A DNA stretch of 64,000 bases from Felis catus. Its lineage: Eukaryota. Below, piece after piece: positions 24,123-37,200 of the stretch. Location: the NCBI RefSeq assembly GCF_018350175.1, contig NC_058368.1, positions 129,396,001 through 129,460,000 of the forward strand, in the 5' to 3' direction. Within the stretch, counting starts at the first letter, position 1, and the number at the start of each line of letters is the position of its first letter. The position numbers and the translations under genes are program-made. Below the pieces are notes generated by a model, which saw only the letters and a list, made by a program, of their open reading frames with translations, was not told the DNA's origin and did no database searches.

Positions 24123-24651
24123 AAGAACTGTTCTAGGAAAACTCCATGGACAAATACAGATGTTAAAGGGATAATCAGCAGGATAATTACATAATGGTCT
24201 ACATTCCTAGCAGCTGGGCCCATAGAACCCCCTCTTTGCTGCCCATAACACTGAGGACAACTTTTTGTGTAGGGAAAGTGCCTAATGTCAGCGTGGGGGC
24301 AGTAGGGAAAGTGGAGCAGAGACTCAGAATTTCATACCCCCTTAATGCTAGCAGAGAGAGGAGGAAGAGATTTTTCTCCCCAGAATGATTTATATACAAC
24401 ATGGCTCCCTGAAGTGGTTCTTCTGACAAGGGGGACTCTTAAGAGTTGTCGTGGAGCTGAGGAAGCAGGCATGCACCCCAGACAAGTCACTGCCACCAGG
24501 TAGAAACTGAGCCTCCTCATCTGGAAGTCAAAATATCCCTCTCGCCATCTGTCCCCATCTTGTCCACTGCACTCACCTATGTTCAGAACTCTTATTCATC
24601 AGCAGGAAAACAAGCATGCCATACAGCTTTGGAAAATTTGCCTTCGGCTTA

Positions 24652-24785
24652 GAGTAGCCATTGTTTTCTGTAGAGAGTCAGATAGTAAATGCTTTTGGCT
24701 TTGCACATCAGTTCTCTGTCCCAGCTACTCAGCTCTGCCCCAGTAGCACAACAGCAGCCAGGGAGCACGTGCACAGTGTGTGTGT
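24652..24785. mobile_element. MER58A-like MITE fragment
   Basis: ttttctgtagagagtcagatagtaaat..ggctttgc..tctctgtcccagctactcagctctgcc. Confidence 0.7.
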
Positions 24786-24789
24786 ATCC

Positions 24790-26150
24790 AGTGGGAGTCG
24801 TCTTCCTGGCACGCATCCCACTGGGTGTTCTCTGAGCTTCCCGGATATGTGCTTTACTTTGTGACATTAATTTGGGAAGTTCTCAGTCATCATGATTTCA
24901 AATGTTTCTTCTATTCCTTTCTGTCTTCTCCTTCTGTTCCTCCCATTACTCGCATTATACCCTTTGTTGATGTCTAGTTGTCTTACAGTTCCTGGCCACT
25001 CTGCTCTGGATTTTGTTGTTGTTGTTCAGTCTTCTCTTTGGTTTTCAGTTGTGGTCATTTCTGTTGAGCTATCCTAAAGCTCAGAGATTCTTTGCTCAGC
25101 CCTGTCCAGTCTCTCGTCAAAGGCATTCTTCATTTCTGTTAGTGTTTTTGATCTCTGACATTTCTTTTTGGTTCTTTCTTGGAATTTCCATCTCTCTGCT
25201 CACAGTGCCCATCTGTTCTCACATGCTGTCTACTTTGCCCTGCGTATGTTAATCGTAGTGGTTTTAAATTCCTGCCTGGTCTGATGATTCCAACATCCCT
25301 GCCATTATCTGCGTCTGGTTCGAATGCTTGCTCTGTCTCCTCAATCTGTGTTTTTCACCTTTCACTATGCCTTGTAATTTTTTTCTGTTAGCCAGACACA
25401 ATGGGCTGGGTGAAAGAAACTTCTGTGAGTAAGCCATTAGTAATGCAGTGTAAAGTGTGGGGACGGAGAAGTGTTCTATAGTCCTATTAGCAGATCTCCG
25501 TGTTCGAGTGAGCCTCTCCTGGACTGTGAACCCCACACATGTGAACCCCAGCCCCCTGCCCCTTAGGTAGGACAGTAGGGCTAGAAGGGGCCAGAGTTGG
25601 ATATTTCCCTTCCTTTGGGTTAGGTTCTGGGAAAAGCCCAGCACGTGAGGCTGTGGTGAAATAGTTTCTCCTGTGGGCAGATATTGTTAAGAACAGAATG
25701 CTCTGACGTTGTTCAAAATAGTTCCTTTTCCCCTCTCACTGGGGAGGCATGTGGGGGTTTTGCTCTGATGTGCACTGTGAGGACCTGGTAACACTCCTGG
25801 AGGTAAAACTCTCTCAAGGGTGGGGACTCCCCCCCCCCCACCCCCTCCGCAAAGACTGGATCCTTCTAGAGTTTTTCCCTCTCAGAGTTTGTCCTCGCTT
25901 AGTGCCCACCGGTTTGTCAGCTGTAGTTCAAGTTTTCCTCCTGCATGCTCCTTCCCGCAGACGCTGTGCTCTGGTGGATGGTGGTTCTGTTTGCCTGTCA
26001 GTCTCGCCACTTCTAAGGGCTGCCATTTGCCCTACAACCATACTTCTCGTATGCGTTGAAGAAAAGTTGTTGACTTCTCAGTTTGTTCAGCCCTTTACTT
26101 GTTAGGACGGAGTGGCAAGCTTCTTCCATGCAGAACTGAAAACCAGAAGT
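24790..26150 (-). mobile_element. L1 (L1MC/MD-type) ORF1 and 5' region
   Basis: ggtgttctctgagcttcccggat..gacattaatttggga..ttctcagtcat; ctgatgattccaacatccctgcca; ends gcagaactgaaaaccagaagt. Confidence 0.75.
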
Positions 26151-27254
26151 CGAAGGATGAAATCTTAAAGAATGGGCTCTCAACCTGAATCTAATGAATG
26201 GGCTTATTAATCACCTGATTTCTATTCCAGCCTACACTGGCAGTAGAGATAAAGTGGCTTTCACTGGAAACTCTGGCCGGACAACGAAATGAAGAAAACC
26301 GGGAAGCAGGGGAATAGACCAGGGCTCTCAGAGCTTGGCGGGGAGACGTTACAAAAGCCACAGAAGAGATGGCAGTTTGGGGAGAGGAGGCATCCAGCTA
26401 AACGGTTCTCATGGAAACCAAGCGTACCAGTTGCATGAGAAGGAGCTGAAGGGACCAGGATGAGGGCTGCTTGATCCTGACAGGTAGCTGCTAATTAGCA
26501 ATCAAAACCTAATTGAGATTAACAGCTGTTTTTCTAGTACAGTTACTAACAGGGAGGCAGAAATGGTATGAAGATCATCCAAGCTCTACAAGCTGCATTT
26601 TAACATCAGAAACTACGAGAATAGAGCAATGTGCCAAGCGAGCAGGGAGATGAAAGCGGGCCATGAACACAGAGCTGAGCTGACAGGCCAGAGAAGGCTG
26701 GATCCATAGGACCAATTAGGATGTCTACAGGGGTGCTGGAGGCAGATTAAAGGGGCAGGATGCAAACAACAATAGAGCGTCTATTCACTGGCTGGTGTGG
26801 CCGAGCGACAGCCTGGCACTCCTGGAGAGAAGGGCACATGGGCGGGCGCAGCTCTCTTAGCTATCAGCCGGGCCTCGGGTTAGGCTGGAAATTCTTTCAA
26901 ATGCACTGCCTGAGCACCGTCCTAGTCCTGCATGCAGGAATATCTATTGTGTGGAGGCCCCAGTCTCCCCAAGGGGGTGAACCTGCTGACACTTCCGACA
27001 GGTAAAGCACACTGAATGGTCAGTCTCTCTCTTTGAAATCCTTTCAGTGGGTTTTCTTTTTCCAAGACACTCTCAGCCTAGTGGCTGTGAAGGGGCTCCC
27101 TTAATTACCACTAGGAGAACTGGTGACTGCCAGGAGTATGGCGCAGGACCTAGGAGGATGTAAAGCACTGCACATTCAATCAGCGTGGTTTAAAGCCGTT
27201 AGGCGTCCTGCTGCCTTGGCCATTGGAATCTACTGGAAAGCTAGAGGAATATGA

Positions 27255-27500
27255 CACAGCACCTACTGTATGTCCAGCGCTCATCTAAGTGCTTGACACA
27301 TAGTAATTCGTGGAATCCTCACAGCACCCCTGTGAGATACTTGTGCACTGCTATCGCCCCCACTTTACAGATGAGAAAACTAAGGCAGAGAGGTTAAGGA
27401 ATGTGCTCTGATTTACGCAGCTAAAAATTGTATAGTGAGGACTAGAACTTGTGGATTCTGGCTCCAGGGTCTGCACTCATAGCCACTAACCTGCAGTCTG
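27255..27500 (-). mobile_element. MIR SINE, near full length
   Basis: aatcctcacagcacccctgtgag..cactttacagatgagaaaactaaggcagagaggttaag..ctggctccagggtc. Confidence 0.88.
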
Positions 27501-27504
27501 CAGC

Positions 27505-27642
27505 CCAGCAATAGTGTCCTCACTTACCACCTCTCTAGAATACAGAAGTGCAGGCCCTGCCCAGACCTGCTGAGTTAGAAGCTGCATTTAACAAGGTCCC
27601 CAGGTGATTCCTACGCATATTAAGGTTTAAGAAACGCTGTAC
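27505..27642. mobile_element. MER5-family MITE
   Basis: ggccctgcccagacctgctgagttagaagctgcatttaacaaggtccccaggtgattc..aggtttaagaaacgctg. Confidence 0.75.
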
Positions 27643-27992
27643 TATGCTAGGCACCCTCATACAGATCTATGTCTTGTATGTATAGTAATAATTAATATTA
27701 AGAACATGAATCTCTCCTTAATAACAAGGGCACACTGCAGTTAGAGTAACGCAAAAGACACGGCGGGTAATGTCCTGAACTGAATGCTTTTCTCTATCTT
27801 CATTCATTAGGTCTTGTTTCCTAAATAAGGCTTGTTTATTTTTCTTGCGACTCTCTCTGCCACAGGCCATTTTCATAGCCAGTGATTGTTTTTGTTTCAA
27901 CAAATATCCCCTACATTTTGAAGTCATAATTGCCTTTTTATTACCCTTTTTCCTTCTCTTGCCTCAAATATCTCAACTCTAAAGTTTTTGCA

Positions 27993-28225
27993 GGGGCACC
28001 TGGGTGGCTTGGTCGGTTAAGTGTCCAACTTCAGCTCAGGTCATGATCTCACAGTTCGTGGGTTCGAGCCCCGCATCGGGCTCTGTGCTGACAGCTCAGA
28101 GCCTGGAGCCTGTTTCCGATTCTGTGTCTCCCTCTCTCTCTGCCCCTCCCCTGTTCATGCTCTGTCTCTCTCTGTCTCAAAAATAAATAAATGTTTAAAA
28201 AAAAATTAAAAAAAAAATAAATAAG
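27993..28225 (+). mobile_element. Can-SINE (SINEC_Fc, relatively young)
   Basis: Near-consensus with retained CpGs; 13-bp TSD taaagtttttgca (27980-27992) / taaagttttcgca (28226-28238). Confidence 0.98.
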
Positions 28226-28359
28226 TAAAGTTTTCGCAGTGATAGGAGCTTAGTTTATTTCTAGAACAACCAATTCCTGTTGGGTTTCTCTCCGTCTTCT
28301 CCTCCTCACACTTCCTTCCATGGTTGTCCTGAAATACTGTTTATTAGGAATATACGTAG

Positions 28360-28828
28360 CGACTAGACCTCTCATACATTGCAGGTGGGAATGTAACATC
28401 CTTTAGCCCCTCTGGAAAATAGTTTGGCACCTTCTTATAAACATACACATAGATTTTCCTAGGAGACCCCACAGTTCCACTCCTGGGTGCTTAACTTAGA
28501 AAAATAAAAACTTGTGCTGTCACAAAAATGGACACCTAAATGTTTACAGCAGCTCTTTTAATAATTGCCAAAAAAAAAAAAGGAAAGAAAGAAAGGAAGG
28601 AAGGAAGGAAGGAAGGAAGGAAGGAAGGAAGGAAGGAAGGAAGGAAGGAAGGAAGGAAGAGAGAAAGAAACTTGGAACAATCTAGATTTCCTTCACCGAG
28701 TGAATAGGTAAACAATTGTGGTTCGTCTGTATAGTGGAATACTATTCAGCAATAAAATGGAATGAACTACGGGGATAATAAACATTATGGATGGATCTTG
28801 AAAGCATTATGCTAAGTGAAAAGCCCAG

Positions 28829-28859
<31 letters not shown>

Positions 28860-29095
28860 CACATCTTTTGTCGTTCCATTTATATGAACTTTTAGAAAAG
28901 GCAAAGCTATAGTGATAGAAAGCATTTCTGTGGTTGCCAGGGGCTGGGGGCTCAGGGACAAAGGCACAAGGAAACTTTTGGGGCTGATGAAAATGTTCTG
29001 TATTATGATCATGGTGTTGGTTACACTGCCTTATGCACTTGTCAAAACCCACTGAATTGCACATTTAAAACTTGTGAATCTTATGCATAATAAAA
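28360..29095 (+). mobile_element. L1MB-type 3' end
   Basis: ctctcatacattgcaggtgggaatgtaa, ctctggaaaatagtttggca, gtggaatactattcagcaataaaa, gatgaaaatgttctgtatt, gtcaaaacccactgaattg. Confidence 0.88.
28570..28670. repeat. Polypurine tract containing (GGAA)16
   Basis: 101 consecutive purines; perfect GGAA repeat 28595-28658. Confidence 0.98.
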
Positions 29096-29096
29096 C

Positions 29097-29629
29097 TGTG
29101 ATGGTTAACTTTATGTGTTGACTGGAGTTGACCTCATGGTGCTTCTGTGAGGGTGTTTGTGGAGGAGGTTAACATTTGAATTGGTAGACGGAATAAAGCA
29201 GGTTGGCTTCCCTAACGTGGGTGGGCTTCATCCAATCAGTTGGAGGCCTGAATAGACCTAAAAGGCTTGACCCTCTTGCGGTGAAGAGGAAAATTTTCTT
29301 GCCTAATCACCTTGAGCTGCTGGGACATCTGTGTGTTCTGGCCTCCAGACTTGAATCGAAATTTTGGCTCTTCTTGGGTCTCAAGCCTGCTGGCTTTCAG
29401 GATGGAACTGCACCATTGGTTCTCAGGGTTCTTGGGTCTTGGGATCGAGACTGAAACTCAAAGTATCAGTTCTGGGTCTCCAGCTTGCCGATTGGAGACC
29501 TTGGGCTTCTCAGCCTCCATAGTCATGTGAGGCAAGGCCTTATGATGAATGAATGAATGAATGAATGAATGAATGAATGAATGAATGAATGAATTGGTTC
29601 TGCTTCTGTGGAGAACCCTGACTAATACA
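29097..29629 (+). mobile_element. MLT2 (ERVL) solo LTR with internal (GAAT)12
   Basis: tgtgatggttaactttatgtgt start, gtgggtgggcttcatccaatcagttg, ggagaaccctgactaataca end; flanks aaaac / aaagc. Confidence 0.9.
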
Positions 29630-31214
29630 AAAGCTAAGCCACAGTAGAAGAATTAGGGATTCATTACAGGTTGATCTAAGGAAGAAGAGGGAAAGGTATC
29701 AGATCCACCTCAGCAGTTGGTGGTCATTATTTTCACCATTAATCATCAGATAATGAAAGTCTCTTTCTTTAGAGCCTGCAAATATCCAATGCTGGTAGGG
29801 CAGTTTGTTCTCTGGAATAGTCTGAGTAAATTCAATGCTTAAAGAAAACACATTATAAACATGTTTACAGTGTCCTGAGGCTTTAGAGTCTGAAATGAGT
29901 TCTATATAGATGCCATAAACTTCTTGTAATTAAAGACATGCTAAATGTTAGTTGCATTAATGCTGAAGAAATACAAATACATAGTCTGAAGCCATTGAGA
30001 GTTAGTTATCTCTTAAATCCCATTAAGAGTAAAACTTCGGTGCTGGTAGACCCAAGGCCCCATCCCTTTTGCTATCAGAAGATGCTTTTTGAAAGGCCCT
30101 CCTCCTAAGATATTTCTGGAAACCCCAAGGCCATGCTTATGTGTATGCACAAAGCGGCCTGTTAGCCGGTCAGCCCTCAAGTCTACACTGTCTAGCCCAG
30201 GCCTATATTTTCACAGAGGAAACACTGTGAGTCTGTGGGCTCTCTTTGCATGGCCCCTGGCCCCAAAGTCATTCATAAGGTGGATTTGCCCCACCCCATC
30301 TTGATGATACTAAGCAAGCATCAAAATGCTTTGAAGTCAGAATTTCACTACAGCTCATACAGATTGAGAAGGAAAACACTTCTTTATTAAATGTTTTGGG
30401 GCTCCCAAGCACAACCACTTGGGTTCAAAAACATTAGAGCTGTTAGCAAACTAGCCCTTTCAATACTCAGAGACTCTTTTCTTTTTGATGCACAGGCTGG
30501 CCTGGGTCACTTTCAATACTGGAAGGCATATGTGCCAGGAGCCACGACCTCATCCCACAATTAAACCCTGCTGTTGTGTGCTTGACCAGTCCTTCCTTTC
30601 CCCTTACGGTCCTTGTTCATCCAGGGACCTCCATCACTTTTCACTCTGTAATCTGGCTCCCATCAGGGCTACCCCAGTTAACCCTCTATCTGTGTATCTC
30701 TGAATATTATATATGGACAGAGTTTAGCCCAAGAGTCTGTCAGTCTCAGTGAAAATCAGTGGCAATAAATAGATGCCTAAAGTGCATGTTCCAGAAGCTC
30801 CAACTCCTACTCAGCCGTGTTCTCCTCTTACACACAAAAAATTGTTCTCCAAGTATAATTTGCTTTTTATCATAAAGTGTATTTTTTAAGTCTATGGATT
30901 ATATTCTAGAATTGAAAAGGCAGCTGAACAGTCAGGTTCTGAGAGGGCAGGAACTTGAACAGATCTGGGGCCCCGAAGAGCATGAAAGAAGGTATAGTCT
31001 CTACTGCATGTGTGGGACGCCTCTAGGGGGAGAAGTCAGTTGGAACCATTTTAATTTCATTTGCTTTTTCTAAACTGTGAAGTATTTCATACACAAAGCC
31101 CAAGTATAGGAGATAATGTAATAGACAACTATGTCCAGTACTCAGTATTATCAAATCATATAGATATTGCTAGATTTGCATAAATAAATTATTATATACC
31201 CAATGGGAGCTCTT

Positions 31215-31737
31215 AAGTGGCACGTTAAGTGAAATGCAAGTTCTTTGCATCTCCTCCCAGCAAGAACCTATTTCTCCATCCCTTGACTGTGGGCTGGCCC
31301 TGTGGCTTATTTGGACAATAGGATATGATGGAATGACATTATATGGCTTCTGAGCCTTGGCCTTAAGAGAGAAACCTCACAGCTTCCTCTTTCAGCGTCT
31401 TGGAATGCTGCCACTTTGTGAACAAGCCCAGGCTCTCTCTCCTTGAGAGAGAGTGCATGGAGAGAGCTCTTATACAGAGAGAGGGTCAGGCATCAAAGCT
31501 GAGGCCCCAGAGCTGTGAGTGAGGACATCTTGGACAGACAGCTGCAGCTGACAAGCCAACTGGACAAAGACCTATGAGCAAGCACTGTTGACACTATGTA
31601 GAGGAGAAATGACCCACACCAACTGAGCCCTGCCCAACTGCCAACCCATAGAGTCATGAGCAAATACATAGCTGTGGCTTTAAAGCCACTCTTTTTTGGG
31701 ACAGTCTGTTAATTGCAGCAATCGATAACCAAGGCCA
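31215..31737 (+). mobile_element. MaLR LTR (MLT1F/G-like)
   Basis: ttctccatcccttgactgtgggctggccctgtg, ttctgagccttggccttaagag, ctgagccctgcccaactgc, gcagcaatcgataacc. Confidence 0.8.
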
Positions 31738-31878
31738 CGCTGTGGACACCCCCCTCAAACTCATTCTCTATATTCCTCCCCCCAAAAAGATAAACACTGT
31801 CATTTCAATGCATGATTTTAGCATGTTGCTACATATTTGTGCTCCCTTAAAAAATATATAATACTGTTTTAGTGTTTT

Positions 31879-32087
31879 TTTTATTTTTTAATGTTAATTT
31901 ATTTTTGAAAGAGAGAGAGACAGAGAGAGTGAGTGGAAGAGGGATGGAGAGAGAGGGAGACACAGAATCCGAGGCAGGCTCTAAGCTGTCAGCACAGAGC
32001 CCGATGTGGAGCTCAAACCAACCGACAGTGAGATCATGACCTGAGCCGAAGTCAGACGCTCAACCGACTGAGCCACCCAGGCGCCCC
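31879..32087 (-). mobile_element. Can-SINE
   Basis: Antisense caaccgactgagccacccaggcgcccc; agtgtttt on both flanks. Confidence 0.95.
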
Positions 32088-32089
32088 TG

Positions 32090-33120
32090 CAGTGTTTTAA
32101 ACTACATTTAAATAGTATTAAACTCTGTTATTCTATGACTTGCTTTTATGCACAAAATGTACTGAGACTCTTTCAGTCTGGAACACTTCCATTGTCTTTC
32201 CTTAACTTTCATGACATATTTGAAGATTACAGGTAGATTATTTTGCAGACGGTCCCTCAATTCGAGTTCATCTGATGTTTCCTGATGATTAGATTCAACG
32301 TAAGCATCTCTAGCAGGAATAACCCAGGAGCAATGTTGGGTCCCCATTGCCACCTCTCAGGTGGCCCATGATTGCAGTTTGACCTGTTACTGATGATGTT
32401 CACTTGGACTGGAGTCAAGTGGTGTCACCCAGCCTCCTCTTTGTAAAGTTCCTTCTTGTTCCTTTGTGGTTAAAAAATGCCTTGTGGGAGGTCTTTTCCA
32501 GCTATGTCAATATCCTGTTCCTTAGCAAACTCTCAATCAACTAATTTGTTTGTATGGACTTATGATACCCTATTTTACTCAATGGGCGTAGCCTTCTATT
32601 GGCATTCTATTGGTCTCAGCTTGTCACCCTTTTGGCCAGTGGAAGCCACTTCAGGCTGGCTTTGGCATCCTTTTGACCTGCCTCCCATGAGTGCTTCCTT
32701 ATCTTCAGAGTCAAAAAGAAATGCCGGATTCATCTTGTACTTCTCGGTGCCCAACCCTGGAATCATCCATCTCTCCTGGTTTCTTTTAGCAAAGAATGCT
32801 AGTTAAAAGTCTCGTTTGTACTAGGTGTGTTCATTGCTATTGAGAGTTTGCTGTTGCCAGGCCTTTTCAACCCTCTTAGCAGACAAAGCTAGGGAAATGT
32901 GTGTGTGTGTTGTATTATACATGCCTGCCCTTGTGTGTATGTTTACTTCTCTTTATAATTACATAGATCAGAATCCATAAGCTTACACCGGTATCTTCAT
33001 TTCCAATCCCAAACCAGAGTTCATTCTAGGTGTCTCTCCTTTCATACTTGTGATTCCCTTCTTCAGTGGTGAGCATTTCAGCCCCCCTTATTCTTCACAT
33101 GTTTACTTACTTGGTCAGTC
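32090..33120 (-). mobile_element. L1MC-type 3' UTR
   Basis: ctttcatgacatatttgaagattacagg..ttttgcagac..tctgatgtttcctgatgattagattca; gccttttca..gacaaagctaggga. Confidence 0.75.
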
Positions 33121-33529
33121 TTCTTGTACATAAGAAATACCCCATGGCATCAGTGTCCCCCTCTGCACCCCACTCTGCTCCGCCGGACTCCTTACCCTGC
33201 TTCTACTTCTGCATGGACAGCTGCCTCACCTGTCCAGTGCCCTCCCTTCTACTCCCTGCCATGTGCAGGCTGCTCTCATCCACCCCTGCTTGGTCACCCT
33301 CCTCACCCTGCTCTGGCTCTGAGTAAGAGGAATTGAAAGGAAGGGAAGAAAGAAAGGGAGGACGAGAGAAGAAATTGATCATATTTTTAATCCCACTCCC
33401 TTCCTCTCACTGGAAACTGGAATGATCTCTTCTCTTGAACACAGACCTGATTGTGTTCTATTCCTCTGCACTGCATTCTCCCTGCAGGCTACTCCTGTCC
33501 TCAAACTATCTTCCCACACACTTCTTTTC

Positions 33530-33752
33530 TTTTTCTTTTTAATTTTTTTTTTTAGTATTTATTTATTTTTGAGAGAGAGACAGAGCATGAGCAGGGGAGG
33601 GGAAGAGAGAGAGGGAGACCCAGAATCCAAAGCAGGCTGCAGGCTCTGAGCTGTCAGCACAGAGCCCGACCTGGGGCTCGAACTCACGGTCCATGATATC
33701 ATGACCTGAGCCAAAGTCAGATGCTTAACCGACCAAGCCACCCAGGCTCCCT
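33530..33752 (-). mobile_element. Can-SINE (SINEC_Fc-type)
   Basis: Antisense body; 16-bp TSD ccacacacttcttttc (33514-33529) / ccacaaacttcttttc (33753-33768). Confidence 0.97.
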
Positions 33753-34039
33753 CCACAAACTTCTTTTCACCTAATCCTCCTATTTCAGATCCATTTCACC
33801 CCCCGAGTTTCTCCAGAAGGGCTTCTCTGATCATTTCCACCACAGTCCGACTTTCACCTCTAAATCTTTCTGAACCTGTCCTCCCCAAAGGCATTAAGGA
33901 CCTGTTGATGAACCATATCCAGTAGCTCCCTTGCAGGATGTCCCCCTCCCTTAGATATTATAAACTATTGTCTCCATCCTGAAAGTCTGCCCTGCTTTTT
34001 CCCCGGGCCAGCGCTCCCTCTGGTTCTCACCCCGTCAGC

Positions 34040-34720
34040 ACCCCTCCATCCTTCCCTGTCTCTTCTGCTGGCAGCTCATCCTCATTTCCCAGGGGTGGAT
34101 GTTCCCCAGGGATCTGTCACTGGGCTTCTCTCTTTAATCTCTATTTGCTCCCTGTGAAATTTTATTTTGTCAGTTCCTTCTCTCATTTCTAGGTGGGTGA
34201 TTTCCAAATTGACATGGCAAGTTTGACCTCTCTACTGTGCCATAAGATATTTCCCCATAGTTACCATGAGCTATTTCCCTGTCTCGCCAGGTACCTCAAA
34301 TTCCAAAGTTTATTCAGTGTCTCAAATTATCCGGCTTGTCCCGGGTAATATCCATACACAGATTAATAAAGCACAGTTTGTGCAAACAAGAGGTTTAATC
34401 CAAGCTGGAAATGATAGTCGTCTTCAATATATTCTCCCCCTAACTTCCCGTCTCCAACCCACCTTTCATATCACTGTAATACTTAGCTTTCTAAGGCACA
34501 ATTGCCTGGAAGCTTCCTTTGCCTTGCTATCATCCAAGGTAAAAATTTGCAGCTCTTCCACTCCTTTCCCTTATTCTTTCCAGCCAAAGAAGGTGTTTAT
34601 TTTATGCCTCTGTGCCATTGCTCATGCTGTTCCCTTCTAGAAGAATGTTCTTCCTCTTTTTCTCACCTATTAAACTTTCACTGTCTTTTAAGGTTAAACT
34701 CAAATGCCACCTCATGTTGT
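34040..34720 (+). mobile_element. L2 LINE fragment
   Basis: ggatgttccccagggatctgtcactgggc (GVPQGS-like RT motif), gatttccaaatt, gtacctcaaattc, tgctcatgctgttcccttctagaagaatg. Confidence 0.7.
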
Positions 34721-36919
34721 CTCTCCTGCCTCTAACAGAATGGCATCTGGGATTTCTTAGCTCTTTGAATTTTGTCTAAATTCTTGTTATGGCAAATATC
34801 CTGAATGACTGTGGTTGTAGGACCTATATCTCTCTGAGCAGTTACAAAGCAGGGACTGGGTTTTATTTAAGTTAGTTCCCCTGTAGGACAGTCTTTCCCA
34901 CACTTTGAGTTCACAATGCCCTTGATGTGTCAGCAATTTTTCAGGATGCCCATAGGCCCATAGAAATACCTGATAGTTTCGCTTATTCAATAGTTAGGTC
35001 CAAAAAACCATAAATATTTATGTCCTAACAACTCAGCAGCTTTTTGAGAACAAATAATACATACACATTGAAGGGAAATCTTAAGATTTTTATTCCATTT
35101 TAAAATAATGATAATTACTTGCCAACGAGATATGTATCCTTATTAGGTATTGCACAGCTTCTTAAATCTTAGACTCCAGTTGGAAGTCCCCACCGTCATT
35201 TCCTACTCTGCCCTGATTTTCATGCAGTGCTTGCTTTTCACACAGCCGCTGCCCTACCCGGCTTCACAAGGATATGATGTCACTGAAAAAGATGTAGTCT
35301 GATCTAACAGAAACTGTGAACTACCTCGGGCCAGTGGTTCTCATGCTGTCTGACACATGTCACTGTGTTTTTTTCAAAAATATTAGGTATCCGGTGGTGT
35401 TCCTGAGACCTTGCTTCACCACCAACAGGCCACTGAGAACGGCTGGGGACTGTGGCTCCAGGGCTGAGCACCAGGCCCGCTCCACCATGGGATCCTGGCA
35501 GATGGAATTGGGTCCAGTTGTGTGTATGGGTCATTGGATGTAGATTTACCTCACATCTCAGGCCCAAACAGCTTTTATAAAGAATGAAAGCTTCTCTAAA
35601 GAATGTGTAGGATTAGGAGAATTATTATTATCATGATTTCAAACAGAACCAAGGACCAAATACCACTGGAGTGGTAAATCCTTCAAAGCCATATTTCCAT
35701 TCATCTAGCAATTGCAAATAGGAGCTTTGTTTGAGCTGCTATTTTCAAGAATGAAATGGGTAGCAGAGGATGTCAACTTGGAGTCTGTTTATGCAACCAT
35801 TGTTTGTTTATTTGAAGTTGTAGGTTCTCTGGAGGACAGTGTATACAGTTTTTGTCAGCTCCCCAAAGTGATTCGTGACCAAAACAGTAAAATTTGAGTC
35901 GTAACATTAAACAAAATATTTAAAAATCAGGAATGCCATGTTACTACTAATCTCAAAGATGGTGTGTTGCCAAAATTGATCTTGTTGATACAAAATAATT
36001 TTAATTTTTTTCCCAGAATTGACCCTTTGTCAGTTGAGAATGAAACATAGAGGATTCACCACTTTTTTATTTAATTATTCTTCCATTTATTTCCCTCACT
36101 TTATAAAGATGCCTCTCTCCTTTAGAAATAATTTAGAATTTTGTGACTTACTTCCAAAATGAACAAAATGATTTCTTGTCTTCTTTTGTTTTGTAGATCT
36201 TAATTTTCCTGACAAACAAAAATTTCACTTGGAAAATAACATTTTCCAAAATACATATCCTTATGTAATTTATGATCTCCTTATGACATTCTGGCTAAAT
36301 TGATGGCATTTAATATACTCTCTGGCTTGGATGGATCTTCCAAGAGATTAAAAACCTTAATATGAAAAAACCAGCCAAATGCTGAATCTGTTACTACATG
36401 ATCTCATAGATTAAAAACAAAATGAAACAAACAAACAAACAAACAAACAAACAAAATCCTTGTAATTTATTGGGTTATTACAAAATATCCCAGTGGTTGG
36501 CATTGTGTAGACCTAACATCTAAATAATTGCTTCAATAAACTCAAGAGGTCTCAGATTAAATAATTGCTGTTAATAACAGATATGTAAACAGAGCTTTGC
36601 CTGTTGTTCCTCACTGTTCTGAACAATACTGTTCTTGTCTTTCTATCCAGCTCAGCGTATGCCCCAAATCTTCACCATCCCTGCTTCTCCAGCTAGGAGT
36701 GAAATCTCGTTTCCCTAAATTACTATAAAGTTCTAATCTTTAACAGACAACGTGAAGCAACTATGTTCTTCTCAGCCTCAAATTTAGATTTATTCTCCAT
36801 CCCTCATCCCAGTGCTTCATATACACTCAGGAAGTGAAACCTATAACCTGGTTTTGACCAGAAGCTTCTAGAGCAAAGAGTTGGTTTTGTTACATATTTG
36901 AAAAATTACTTCTTTTCTT

Positions 36920-37200
36920 TATCCTACTGTCCACTTTAGTTCAACCTCTTATTTCTTATTATCTGTATACAATTGTTAGAGACCCTCCTCAACCATGTTC
37001 CTACCTCTGTTTTCTTCCCACCCCAATCTGCTTGACCCAACTTTCTGACTTATTCTTAACACTGCATAGCTCAATTAGACTGTTCTGTTTTTAAACCCCA
37101 TTATGGCTCCCATCGCCTAGGATAGGCCTTCACTGTATGCCTCAGCTCAACTTTACATCCTCACCCTCAACCATTGCCCTAGAATTCACTCCAATTACAT
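36920..37200 (+). mobile_element. L2 fragment
   Basis: ccactttagttcaacctcttatttct, ttaaaccccattatggctcccatcgcctagga. Confidence 0.5.

Noticed and set aside
23915..28209. Recurrent similar ORFs (MAQSVKCPT..., MSNFGSG..., also at 10635, 33559 and 55771)
   Set aside because: They are translations of Can-SINE copies, not a gene family
31018..31034. CTCF-like motif gcctctagggggag
   Set aside because: Mismatch at the conserved C after GG; a single imperfect motif is not evidence
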